From Candidatus Buchananbacteria bacterium RIFCSPLOWO2_01_FULL_39_33 (lineage in GTDB: Bacteria > Patescibacteriota > Patescibacteriia > 2-01-FULL-39-33): DNA of 64,000 nucleotides. The DNA is taken from NCBI GenBank assembly GCA_001817505.1, contig MHIM01000028.1:383-64382 (forward strand), written 5' to 3'. This document shows, in pieces, positions 36,429 through 46,320 of the stretch (positions within the stretch are counted from its first letter, which is position 1; each line of letters begins with the position of its first letter). The notes under the pieces were generated by a model. The model was not told where the DNA came from. It was given only the letters and a program-made list of their open reading frames with translations, and did not search any database. A program made the translations under genes and the position numbers.

Positions 36429-37100
36429 TTGACCTTTATGAGCATTAATGGAATAATAAATTATAGGAAACGAATAATTTTAATTTCTGCAGTTTCTTTT
36501 TTAATTATTTTAGCTATTATTGCTGTTGTACGTTTTGGCTTGGGTGGTCCAGAAGATACTTGGCTCTGCGAAAACGGCGTTTGGGTCAAGCATGGCCAGC
36601 CCTCAAAACCGGCTCCTTTAACCGGTTGCGGCCAACTCAAAACAATTGCCAATTTTGAAGAATGCGCTGCTCTGGGCCAGCCGATTAGTGAAAGCTATCC
36701 CAGACAATGCCGTTATAACGGTCAAATTTTTACCGAAGACATTGGCAATGAACTTTTAAAGACCGATTTGATCAGGATCAGTAATCCTCGACCGAACCAA
36801 AAAATCTCCAGTCCTTTAACTATTACCGGCCAAGCCAGGGGCAACTGGTTTTTTGAAGCCAGTTTTCCGATTGATCTTTATGATGGCAATAATAATTTGT
36901 TGGGCACTGCCATTGCCCAGGCCCAGAGCGAATGGATGACAACCGATTTTGTGCCTTTCACGGCTCAATTGAAATTCGGCCAGCCCAGCCTTGAAAAGGG
37001 ATTGTTGATTTTAAGAAAAGACAACCCTTCCGGCTTAGCTGAAAATGATGAACAATTAATTGTACCGGTAAAGATAAGCAATCAGTCTACTACAAATTAA
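36429..37100 (+). CDS. Exported protein with Gmad2-like immunoglobulin domain
   Basis: P.PNQKISSPL.ITGQARGNWFFEASFP..WMTTDFVPF..KDNPSG. Confidence 0.75.
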   Translation: MTFMSINGIINYRKRIILISAVSFLIILAIIAVVRFGLGGPEDTWLCENGVWVKHGQPSKPAPLTGCGQLKTIANFEECAALGQPISESYPRQCRYNGQIFTEDIGNELLKTDLIRISNPRPNQKISSPLTITGQARGNWFFEASFPIDLYDGNNNLLGTAIAQAQSEWMTTDFVPFTAQLKFGQPSLEKGLLILRKDNPSGLAENDEQLIVPVKISNQSTTN

Positions 37101-37112
37101 TTTACCAATAAT

Positions 37113-37892
37113 ATGAACGAAAAATTTCTTAATGAAAATAGAAGAAAAGAGTTGGAGATATCAGCGACCAGAGAAAGTTTTTTACCGGAGCACGAAGAAT
37201 TGGACGAACCAGTTGAAGTTAAGTCGCCATTGTCAGCGGCTGATTTTGCTCCTGAAAATAAACCAGCCGAGTTAGATTATTCTAAACCGCCCAAATTAGA
37301 ATTAGCTGATTTGTTAAATCGTGAAGGCGAGATAGTTGATTTTAGCCAAGCCAATGATTACCACCAATTAGTGGAAATGATTATGCGCGAAGGATCAATC
37401 ACCAATCAATTAGGCCAAGAACTGCCAGCTGAAACCGTCATTAATTTGATTTACAAGCTGACTTACCAGGATTTGAAAAATTATCAGAAAGCGGATTGGA
37501 CTAATATAACTTTGCGTCATAACCTGCGAGCAACTGTGGCCAAACTCATTGATGAATACAAAAAAACCGATGAATTCAAGGCCTTAGCTGGTTTGGATTT
37601 GAGCGCCGCTTCAACTATTGAGGAAGTGATTGATTTAATTAATCAGCCAGAAAAGTTAATTGATACCAGTGGCAATTTTATCGGCGCTAACGATATAATT
37701 AAATATATCAAAGACGGCCAACTGCATTTGCTACCCGAACCTATTCGTTTTAAGGTCATTGAAATAAATCGCCGGGCCAGTCAAGAATATATGGCTTTAA
37801 AAGAACAAACTCCCAAAGCATCACCACCGCCGAAATCATTTTTAGGCCGAATTGGCGGCGCTGTTGCCAAATTAAAATTTTGGAAAAAATAA
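37113..37892 (+). CDS. Hypothetical protein
   Basis: 259-aa ORF in an operon-like run. Confidence 0.7.
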   Translation: MNEKFLNENRRKELEISATRESFLPEHEELDEPVEVKSPLSAADFAPENKPAELDYSKPPKLELADLLNREGEIVDFSQANDYHQLVEMIMREGSITNQLGQELPAETVINLIYKLTYQDLKNYQKADWTNITLRHNLRATVAKLIDEYKKTDEFKALAGLDLSAASTIEEVIDLINQPEKLIDTSGNFIGANDIIKYIKDGQLHLLPEPIRFKVIEINRRASQEYMALKEQTPKASPPPKSFLGRIGGAVAKLKFWKK

Positions 37893-37893
37893 A

Positions 37894-38601
37894 ATGATTA
37901 TGAGCCAGAAGCTTTTTATCCTGTTTTTATTTTTTTTGCCTTTGGCTACTCTTGCCTACCAGCCCAGATTGACCGTCAATCAAAATTATCTTGAGATATT
38001 AAAGCCGGAAACTTCCCAGGCCTTTTACGGGGAATTAAAGGGGCAATCGGCTGTCTATAAAATAAAATCAACTACTTCTTTTCGACTTTATCTGGGTTTG
38101 TTGGTCCCAGCCCTTGATAACGCCGACCAGGATTTTTCAGCCCGGGTCTATGTTAAAGATGAGTTAAGTAACTGGCAGATGATTTATTTCTTAGACGGTT
38201 TAAAAATGTCTTGGTTAAAATTCTATGAAGGTTTTACCAACGATGATTATCTTCGGGGCCCGGAATTGAAATCGGAAGAAGCTCTTAGCGATAAATTGAG
38301 AGGAGTGGAGATGGCCGCCGGCATTTATACTATTGAGGTTTTTAGTCCTGATAATTTAGGCCGCTACGTCTTGGTAGTCGGCGATCAAGAAGAACTGTCG
38401 GTTCAAGAGGCGATTGGCGCTTTAAGCATTCTGCCGGCAATAAAAAAAGATTTTTTTAATAAATCTCCTTTTTCAGCCCTATTCACTTGGCTGGCTTTTT
38501 ATCTGCTGCTCTTGGCTTTGGCTGTATTGCTGCCGATCATGGCTATAATAATTTTAATTTTTACCATCAGAAAAAAACGATACTTACAAAATAACCTTTA
38601 A
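37894..38601 (+). CDS. Exported protein with C-terminal TM anchor
   Basis: Signal peptide, PETSQAFYGEL..GRYVLVVG, C-terminal TM. Confidence 0.7.
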   Translation: MIMSQKLFILFLFFLPLATLAYQPRLTVNQNYLEILKPETSQAFYGELKGQSAVYKIKSTTSFRLYLGLLVPALDNADQDFSARVYVKDELSNWQMIYFLDGLKMSWLKFYEGFTNDDYLRGPELKSEEALSDKLRGVEMAAGIYTIEVFSPDNLGRYVLVVGDQEELSVQEAIGALSILPAIKKDFFNKSPFSALFTWLAFYLLLLALAVLLPIMAIIILIFTIRKKRYLQNNL

Positions 38602-40172
38602 TTTTGGCCCAAAATTATCAGAAAATCAGCTTGGGAGGCGATGGCTAGCGGCTGGCTTGAAGTCGGGGTGGTCTTATAGATTTTAGCCAGTTCGGTAGCG
38701 GTGGCCGGGTTCTTACCCTCGGACAAATCATAAATTATTGTTTTCAAATAGTCATGATTATTAGCATTAGCCACGTTGATGACTTCAAAGCCGCTTTCTT
38801 CCAAATTGATCTGCTGCTGGCCGGCTAAACCGGTTACCCAAGTGCCGTTTCTAATATCAATCGTTGCCCCTTCTTTTTTATAATCAATTATCGGCGTTAG
38901 CGGTAAGGTCTGGGCCGGTTCGGTTTCTGTTTTTGATTTGTTTGGAGTTTCGTCGCTAATCTGATTGGCGGCGTTTTCTTTTTTGGTTAGAGCGGCGGTT
39001 AAAGATTCGCTGACCGTACTGGTCAATATTTGACTGCCTGGGGCAGAAAAAATATTTTTCCACATAGCTCTGATTTCGCCATAACTACTGTCCTTAAGTA
39101 AAAGAACATAAGCGCCGTTGATGATTTGGGAATAAACAAAACCACTGGGCCCATCGGAGAGCGTCTGGCTGATTATTTTTGAGGTCTCAATGTTTTTGCC
39201 CAGCTGGACCAAACTCAGCATTTCCCAAATTTCCAAATTAGTGTGAATATGCTCGTTATAGGCATTGAGCAAGCTATTGATTTTTTTGGGATTAAAAAAT
39301 GTTTCAACCTTAAATATTTTTTCTTTAAGCGCTGCCAAAATTTTTTGTTGTCTTCTGGATCTGGCGAAATCCGAGCCCTCTAAGCCCAGCGCGTGCCGGG
39401 ATCGGGCGTATTTTAAAGCTAACTGGCCATCCATATGCTGCTGCCCCTTTTTAATATATAAATTTTCATACCTGTTTTCTATGGGGAAAACATATTCTTG
39501 GCCGCTAATCGGATATTGAGGATCAATTAAGTCCCTTTCCACTTCAATATCCACTCCGCCGAATTCATTAATCAGTTTTTCAAAGCCGGCAAAATCCACC
39601 GTAACGTAATAGTTTATCGGCGTATCTAAAAGTTCGCTTAGAGCCCGAGCCATTTCCCGACCACCGCTGCCGGCCTCTTTTTTTTCGGCGTAAGCGTTGA
39701 GAGCGTTTATTTTTAGCCAATCATAATTATTGGTTTTAAGGCTCAGGTCTCTGGGGATTGAAACCATAGCGACTTGTTGAGTGCTGGGTTTGAATGAACC
39801 TAAAATTATGGTGTCAGCCAAAGTGCCGCCTTCATGGTTTTGGCCGCCCATGCCAATGATCAGGATATTTATCCTGTCCTCATTTTCGCCAACCAGGTTC
39901 TTATTCCCCGAGCCCATTAATCTGCTCATTTGCTGAAGCAGATTTAATTTTGACAGGCTTTTAATCAGATTTTCATCGGAAAAAACCACTGAAGATGAAA
40001 AAACTGCCAGGACTATAATTGTTACAATAATAATGCTGGCAATTATCTTTTTGATCCTATCTCCTCTGACTGGCTGGTCAGGCGAGATCTTTTCCGTTAT
40101 TTTTTCTCCTGCACTGCCTTTTATTTTTACTTTATCCTCTACCGGTAAGAGATTGACCTTGACTTTTGTCAT
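38598..40172 (-). CDS. LCP (LytR-CpsA-Psr) family protein with LytR_C domain
   Basis: ADTIIL..SIPRD..ALKYARSRH..SDFARSRRQQ; C-terminal IRNGT..GLA..IILGQN. Confidence 0.92.
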   Translation of the reverse strand: MTKVKVNLLPVEDKVKIKGSAGEKITEKISPDQPVRGDRIKKIIASIIIVTIIVLAVFSSSVVFSDENLIKSLSKLNLLQQMSRLMGSGNKNLVGENEDRINILIIGMGGQNHEGGTLADTIILGSFKPSTQQVAMVSIPRDLSLKTNNYDWLKINALNAYAEKKEAGSGGREMARALSELLDTPINYYVTVDFAGFEKLINEFGGVDIEVERDLIDPQYPISGQEYVFPIENRYENLYIKKGQQHMDGQLALKYARSRHALGLEGSDFARSRRQQKILAALKEKIFKVETFFNPKKINSLLNAYNEHIHTNLEIWEMLSLVQLGKNIETSKIISQTLSDGPSGFVYSQIINGAYVLLLKDSSYGEIRAMWKNIFSAPGSQILTSTVSESLTAALTKKENAANQISDETPNKSKTETEPAQTLPLTPIIDYKKEGATIDIRNGTWVTGLAGQQQINLEESGFEVINVANANNHDYLKTIIYDLSEGKNPATATELAKIYKTTPTSSQPLAIASQADFLIILGQN

Positions 40173-40326
40173 TATTTTGGATAAATTTAATTTTCTGGTA
40201 GACGTTTTAGTTGACTCTTTTTCATTATATCTTATTACTTGAAATTTGCCAAGAGTTTATGTTATGGCAAGGTTTGCAAAATACTAATTTAACTGTTATA
40301 ATTTAATCAAATATTACCTTAAATAA

Positions 40327-40956
40327 GTGGATAATTTTTCTGACTACAATTCAAGCGCCGGCCAAGCTGATTCCGGCCTTCAGCGGCCGGGCCATCTTAG
40401 GAAAATCTTAGAATTTATCTGGGAGATGACCAAGATAACTTTTATTTCTTTAGTTATTATTTTACCGGTCAGGTATTTTCTAATTCAGCCGTTTTACGTT
40501 AAGGGCGCTTCTATGGAACCGAATTTTTATGATCACGAATATCTGATAATTGATGAGATAACTTATCGTTTAGGCGAGCCCCAAAGGGGTGATATCGTGG
40601 TTTTTAAATATCCTAAGGATCCCAGGCAGTTTTTTATCAAAAGAGTCATTGGCCTGCCGGGCGAAAGAGTTAAAATTGAGAACGGGCTGGTTTATATTAC
40701 TTCAGGCGGTCAAACCAATGTTTTAAATGAAGAATATCTGACTGACGGCCTTGAGACCAGATTGCCCATTAGCGGCTACGGGGAGGTAACCCTTAAAAAT
40801 GATGAGTATTACCTTTTAGGCGATAATCGCGATCAAAGCTTGGATTCCAGGGTGTTCGGCTCGGTTAAGAGGGATTACATTATTGGCCGAACTTGGCTGC
40901 GGGGCTGGCCTTTGACCCGGCTGACATTATTTAACGCGCCGGAATACGGCTTTTAA
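40327..40956 (+). CDS. lepB: Signal peptidase I
   Basis: GASMEPN, FIKRVIGLPG, GDNRDQSLDSR. Confidence 0.96.
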   Translation: MDNFSDYNSSAGQADSGLQRPGHLRKILEFIWEMTKITFISLVIILPVRYFLIQPFYVKGASMEPNFYDHEYLIIDEITYRLGEPQRGDIVVFKYPKDPRQFFIKRVIGLPGERVKIENGLVYITSGGQTNVLNEEYLTDGLETRLPISGYGEVTLKNDEYYLLGDNRDQSLDSRVFGSVKRDYIIGRTWLRGWPLTRLTLFNAPEYGF

Positions 40957-40980
40957 TAAAAAAGCGCAGTTGTATTAATT

Positions 40981-42462
40981 ATGTTGAAAAAAAAGGCAAT
41001 AATTTCTCAAAAGTCCAATAAGACGGCAGAGAGGAAGACCGGCAAAGCGGTTAAAAAAATCCGTCGGGCGAAAAAAAATATCGCCACGGTTACCGGTATG
41101 CGCGATATTCTGCCCCAAGATCAAAAATACTGGGAGAAAGTTCGCCAGGTGGCCAAGCAAATTTCCATTGATTACGGCTATGACCGGATTGATACCCCGG
41201 TTTTGGAGTTGACTGAATTATTTGTCCGAGGCGTGGGAGCCCAGACGGACATAGTTGAAAAAGAAATGTTTTCTTTTACCGATCAAGGCGGCGACAATTT
41301 GGTTCTTCGTCCTGAATTCACGGCGGCGGCGGTTAGGGCCTATATCCAGCATGGCATGTTGAATCAAATTCAACCGGTTAAATTTTTTTACTTAGGCCCG
41401 CTTTTTCGGCACGAGAAACCACAATCCGGCCGCTATCGGCAGTTTTTTCAGTTTGGCTTTGAGGCCATTGGTGAAGAAAATCCGGCTTTAGACGCCCAAT
41501 TGATATTAATGGGCTGGAATTCTTTAAATGATTTAGGCATTGAATCGGTCATCCAAGTCAATAGCATTGGCTGTATGAGTTGCCGGGAGGAATACAAAAA
41601 AGTCCTGGTAAAATATTACAAAGCCAAGGCCAAACTTTTATGCGAGAGTTGTAAGACTAGGCTAACAAAAAATCCCCTGCGCCTTTTGGATTGCAAGGAA
41701 AGCGGCTGCCAAGAACTAAAAGACGACGCGCCCCAGATTTTGGATTATTTGGACGATAACTGCAAAGAGCATTTTATGAAAGTGGTTGGCTACCTTGATG
41801 AGTTGGATTTGCCTTATGTTTTAAATCCTTATATTGTCCGCGGCCTTGATTATTATAATCGGACGATCTTTGAATATTGGGCAATTGATGATGTTGAAGG
41901 CAAAAATGCTTTGGGCGGCGGCGGCCGATATGACGGTTTGGTAACTATGTTGGGCGGTCGGGAAGATACTCCGGCTTGCGGACTGGCCATGGGCTTAGAT
42001 AGAATAGTAGCCAAAATGAGAGAGAAGAACATTGAAGTGCCGGATAAAAGGGTGGATGTTTTTGTGGCCCAGCTCGGTGACGCGGCCAAAAAGAAAGCTA
42101 TGTTGATGTATGAAAATCTTCGGCCAAACGGCAGTTTTACCATTGCTCAGGCCTTTCATAAGGACAGCTTAAAGAAGCAATTGGAACTGGCTAATAAAAT
42201 GAAAGTGAAATTTACTCTCATTATCGGGCAGAAGGAAGTTGGCGAGGGGACAATTATGCTCAGGGATATGCAAGGCGGCGTGCAAGAAGTGATTGATTTC
42301 AATAAAATTGAAAAGGAATTAAAAAAACGCCTGGAGAAATATCGCGAGGGCGCAGTGATAGATTTGACAGCTGATGAGGAAGAAAAGGAGAGTAGCACCG
42401 AAATACCGGAAGAAGATGTTGCCGACCTTGGTGATTTAGGTGATGATTTAGCGGCCGTCTAG
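40981..42462 (+). CDS. hisS: Histidine--tRNA ligase
   Basis: GMRDILP, LRPEFTA, FRHEKPQSGRYRQF, RGLDYY, GGGRYDGL. Confidence 0.97.
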   Translation: MLKKKAIISQKSNKTAERKTGKAVKKIRRAKKNIATVTGMRDILPQDQKYWEKVRQVAKQISIDYGYDRIDTPVLELTELFVRGVGAQTDIVEKEMFSFTDQGGDNLVLRPEFTAAAVRAYIQHGMLNQIQPVKFFYLGPLFRHEKPQSGRYRQFFQFGFEAIGEENPALDAQLILMGWNSLNDLGIESVIQVNSIGCMSCREEYKKVLVKYYKAKAKLLCESCKTRLTKNPLRLLDCKESGCQELKDDAPQILDYLDDNCKEHFMKVVGYLDELDLPYVLNPYIVRGLDYYNRTIFEYWAIDDVEGKNALGGGGRYDGLVTMLGGREDTPACGLAMGLDRIVAKMREKNIEVPDKRVDVFVAQLGDAAKKKAMLMYENLRPNGSFTIAQAFHKDSLKKQLELANKMKVKFTLIIGQKEVGEGTIMLRDMQGGVQEVIDFNKIEKELKKRLEKYREGAVIDLTADEEEKESSTEIPEEDVADLGDLGDDLAAV

Positions 42463-42515
42463 CCAGTTGCTAAAATAACTAATAATATAATTCATAGAAA
42501 GCGAGGTGAACAAGA

Positions 42516-42758
42516 GTGGCTGAAGTTAAGAGAAAGAAGGGTGAAACCTTTGAAGCTTTAATTCGCAGGTTCAGCAAGAAAATTCAACAGAGCGGCAGAT
42601 TGATCCAATCCAGGAAAATTCGCTATTATAATCCTGAAAAAAATAAGACCGCTATCAGAGCGGCCGCCAAAAGAAGACAAGAAATAACTGCTAAACGGGA
42701 ATATTTGAAGAAAATTGGAAAATTAGTTGAAGAAAAAGAAAGAGACGGCCGAAGATAA
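42516..42758 (+). CDS. rpsU: 30S ribosomal protein S21
   Basis: EVKRKKGETFEALIRRF..; SD GAGGTG; upstream of yqeY. Confidence 0.85.
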   Translation: MAEVKRKKGETFEALIRRFSKKIQQSGRLIQSRKIRYYNPEKNKTAIRAAAKRRQEITAKREYLKKIGKLVEEKERDGRR

Positions 42759-42773
42759 TATTTAAGTGGCAAG

Positions 42774-42838
42774 TTTATCCTGTTAAGTAGGCAATTTATT
42801 ACCAAAATGCCGGCAGAATTTTTACTTAACAGGGTGAA
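42774..42838. repeat. Small inverted-repeat element (MITE/REP-like)
   Basis: TTTATCCTGTTAAGTA ... TACTTAACAGGGTGAA; left end also at 7442-7455. Confidence 0.55.
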
Positions 42839-42913
42839 TAAAGTTTATAAAGTTCATAAAGTTGAAGAAATTATTTTTTGACTTTATGACTTCCTAAATT
42901 TTAATCTAAACCC

Positions 42914-43372
42914 ATGCCTTTAGCCAAGCAAATCAATAATGATTTTTTAACCGCTTTCAAGAATAAGCAAGATACAACTGTCTCGGTTTTAAGGTTGCTC
43001 AAAGCCGCTTTGACTAATAAAGAAATAGAAAAAAAATTGCCTAAGGGTGAAAATCTGGCTGATGACGATATCCTGGCGGTTATCAAATCGGAAGTAAAAA
43101 AGAGAAAGGACTCAATTGAAGCCTTTAAGCAGGGCCACAGAGATGATTTAGTCCAAAAAGAAGAAAAGGAATTGGCCATCTTGGAAAGATACCTGCCCAA
43201 ACAGCTGTCCGAAGAGCCAATCAGGGAAATTGTCAAGAAAGTTATTAGTGGTATTGGGGCGACTGCTTTAGCTGATTTTGGCCGGGTTATGGGATTAGTG
43301 ATGCTTCAAATTCAAGGCCGAGCTGACGGACAAGTTGTTTCAAAAATTGTTAAAGAAGAAATGGGAAAATAA
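42914..43372 (+). CDS. GatB/YqeY domain protein
   Basis: LRLLKAAL..EVKKRKDSIEAF..YLPKQLS..GRADG. Confidence 0.93.
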   Translation: MPLAKQINNDFLTAFKNKQDTTVSVLRLLKAALTNKEIEKKLPKGENLADDDILAVIKSEVKKRKDSIEAFKQGHRDDLVQKEEKELAILERYLPKQLSEEPIREIVKKVISGIGATALADFGRVMGLVMLQIQGRADGQVVSKIVKEEMGK

Positions 43373-43399
43373 TATAAATTAAGCGTAAAATATATTATT

Positions 43400-46300
43400 A
43401 TGTTTGGGCTGCGACTTTTACCTATGCAGAAGTCAAGAATCGCCAAAAAAGTGCTATTGGCCAGCTTTTTGGCGATTTTTTTATTGATGATTCTACCCCA
43501 AGCCGGCTGGGCTCAAGTCACCGATAGCCGCTTTGGCTTAAGTGAAGCGTCAACTATTGGCCTGCCCCAAACTAATCTAATAACAGCCATTGTCAGAATC
43601 GTCCAGCTGCTCTTGGGTTTCTTAGGAATTATAGCGGTTATCATGGTGCTTTACGGCGGTTTTGTCTGGATGACTTCCGGCGGCGACCCGGCTAAAATTG
43701 AGAAAGCCAAAAAAATACTGATTAATACAATTATTGGTATAATTATCATCCTGTCATCATACATTATCACCGCTTTTATTATCAGGGCGTTGATGGGCTG
43801 GGGCGGCGGCGGTTGGGGGGATGGCGGCGGTGGCACTGATGATTTTGGCCGCTGGGGCATCGGTGTTGGTCCGATTGAAAGCGTTTATCCGGCGCCCGGA
43901 CAGGTTGATGTGCCGATTAATACGATAATCGCTGTCACTTTTAAAGAAAAGATCAATCCCCAGACAATCTGCGGCAGCTCGGCTTGCGATGGCCAAACCA
44001 AAATGGCCAATGTGGAAATTTGCCAGATTGACGATCATGGCGTTTGTGTTGATGAAGAAGAAGAATTTTCAACCAATGATTTCACTGACAGTTTGGTCAA
44101 AAGCGATGATAACCGAACCTTTACCATCATTCCCAATAAATATCTGGGACTGGAAGATTTCCAAGACCGGAGATTCAAGGTTGTTTTGCAATCAGGCATA
44201 GAAACTTTAGCCGAACCGGGTAAGTCGGTCTTCAACAGCTTGGTTGATAAAGAATACGCCTGGCAATTTATAACTAACGGCGAATTAGATCTTGATCCGC
44301 CAGAGATTATTGACTTAGTCGGCGTTTATCCTTATCCGGATGATGAGATTGATACTTATGGCATCTCGGCTGGACCGACTGCCACTAAATTTTTCGTCAG
44401 CTTAGAGGCCGATACTATCAAGAAAGAAATTCTATCAGCTTTTGACGCTACTGCTACCAAAGGAGCTGGGACTACTATAACTGGAACACTGACCGGGAAT
44501 TACGGCGGTACAGCTACCGGAGTGGCGACAGTTAGAATTGATTCCGGTACCGGAGAAGTAAAGACCACTTGGCCCGGTGAGATGGGAACATTTAATAGCG
44601 GTCAGTTTGATCCCACCGGCGCTACTTTAAATATCGGTCCCTATGGTTTGGTTTTCAATGTCAGCGGCGTAGTGGCTCGCGGCAATTCCTGGACTTTTAA
44701 TGTTGTCTCTCATCAAGTCGGCGATAAATTGGAAATAAAGTATAATAATGGCGTTATTAAGACCTATATTTTTGGCACTGATATCGCCGAGCCCGATGAT
44801 TTTGCCGATAAATTAATTGCTGATACCAATATATTTTCCGCTTGCGGAACTTATTGCCTCCAAACCAAGCAAACCGGTGTTGCTACCGCCAAGTATGATC
44901 TTAGTTATGTGGGCAGTGGCACTTTTACCATCACTAAAACCAATGGCCAGGATGAACAGCCCAACAGGCAGCCAAATGGTCAGCGCGATGTTTACCGCAA
45001 TACCATTATCCAGATTAATTTTAATGAGGCCATTAATCCCACAGCCGTCAAAGACAATATATTTATTATGAGAAGTGATCGGCTGATTGATTATGATATT
45101 CAAATATCCAACCAATATAAAACTCTGGAATTAGTCGCTTTGGAGCAATGCGGTCTAAACAGTTGCGGCGACGCCATATTTTGCTGGCCGATTGAAGGCA
45201 ATGCCCAAAAATACGCTATTAGAATCACAGCCGCGACCCTGATGTCTAAGAGCGATACTAAATGCTCGGCTTGGGGCGGAATTGACGACGGTCATGACCG
45301 TTGCGTTAAAGATGTTAATGGAGTGAAGGTTTTTTATCCTCTGGCTCCGACTGGTGATGGCCTGGTTGATATGAGCTTTAATTCTTTTAACGGCAGTTTC
45401 AATACTTATCTGAATAATGATAAAAATATTGGTCTAGCTGAAGGCAAGTCAGGAAATGGCAATAATCACTCTGGCCGACCGCATTATAATCTTAATTCAG
45501 GTATAAGCTGCGTTTTAGATGATGTTGCCGTCAATTGCGGCACGGCCAACTCCCGAGTAACCAGTTATGGCAATTCTACCCCGGTCTACGGAGTCAGCGG
45601 TTTTGGCGATGATTTTATTTGGTCTTTCTTCATTTCCAGTGAAATTGACAAGCAGGCGCCGCTGATTAAAACCGATTCGCCAGTGGGCGATGAAGATATA
45701 AATACTGCCACCGGCGATGTTGAATTTTATTTTGACCGCTTAATGCGCAGTTCAACCTTAAAGCCGGGCTGGAATTACGGTTCACTGGCTAAGGAAAAAT
45801 CAATTCGCTATCTTATTTTACAGACCATAACCGATAGCGCCTTGCCAGTCGGCTATTGGGCGCTCAAAGTTGACCAAGATGATAATTTTGACGGCTGGGC
45901 TGATTACACTTTGGCTAAATTACACCATAATGATTTTGATAGCGCGGTCAAATACGGACCCTTGGGCGGTTCGGGCTTGCAGTCAATAACCCAAAATTGC
46001 TTTTTACCCAGCGCCGGTCCCAAAGAAGCTGCCAGATCAGGCCAAGAGTGCGCTTATAACGGCGACGCCTTAGCTGCTGATTGCGCCGAAGTGGTCTCAA
46101 CTAATCCCGCTTCCTATGGCTATTTGAATTGTAATGAAATAACCGGTGCTAGCGAATGCGCCTATACCTGCAAAGTTTTGTATTATGATGCCAATAACAC
46201 CACCACTGATTTAGGCGGCAGCTGGGTCTTGACCAAAGATCACCCGACGGCGGTTAACGGCCAAACCGGCTGCTGTTTTGGCCTTTGCGTGGAAGAATAA
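43400..46300 (+). CDS. Surface protein: N-terminal TrbC/VirB2-like pilin segment plus Ig-like (Big_5) domains
   Basis: LLGFLGIIAVIMVLYGGFVWMTSGGD..KAKK; P..VPINTIIAVTF; NTIIQINFNEAI. Confidence 0.8.
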   Translation: MFGLRLLPMQKSRIAKKVLLASFLAIFLLMILPQAGWAQVTDSRFGLSEASTIGLPQTNLITAIVRIVQLLLGFLGIIAVIMVLYGGFVWMTSGGDPAKIEKAKKILINTIIGIIIILSSYIITAFIIRALMGWGGGGWGDGGGGTDDFGRWGIGVGPIESVYPAPGQVDVPINTIIAVTFKEKINPQTICGSSACDGQTKMANVEICQIDDHGVCVDEEEEFSTNDFTDSLVKSDDNRTFTIIPNKYLGLEDFQDRRFKVVLQSGIETLAEPGKSVFNSLVDKEYAWQFITNGELDLDPPEIIDLVGVYPYPDDEIDTYGISAGPTATKFFVSLEADTIKKEILSAFDATATKGAGTTITGTLTGNYGGTATGVATVRIDSGTGEVKTTWPGEMGTFNSGQFDPTGATLNIGPYGLVFNVSGVVARGNSWTFNVVSHQVGDKLEIKYNNGVIKTYIFGTDIAEPDDFADKLIADTNIFSACGTYCLQTKQTGVATAKYDLSYVGSGTFTITKTNGQDEQPNRQPNGQRDVYRNTIIQINFNEAINPTAVKDNIFIMRSDRLIDYDIQISNQYKTLELVALEQCGLNSCGDAIFCWPIEGNAQKYAIRITAATLMSKSDTKCSAWGGIDDGHDRCVKDVNGVKVFYPLAPTGDGLVDMSFNSFNGSFNTYLNNDKNIGLAEGKSGNGNNHSGRPHYNLNSGISCVLDDVAVNCGTANSRVTSYGNSTPVYGVSGFGDDFIWSFFISSEIDKQAPLIKTDSPVGDEDINTATGDVEFYFDRLMRSSTLKPGWNYGSLAKEKSIRYLILQTITDSALPVGYWALKVDQDDNFDGWADYTLAKLHHNDFDSAVKYGPLGGSGLQSITQNCFLPSAGPKEAARSGQECAYNGDALAADCAEVVSTNPASYGYLNCNEITGASECAYTCKVLYYDANNTTTDLGGSWVLTKDHPTAVNGQTGCCFGLCVEE

Positions 46301-46320
46301 TTTTGAGCTAATTATTAACC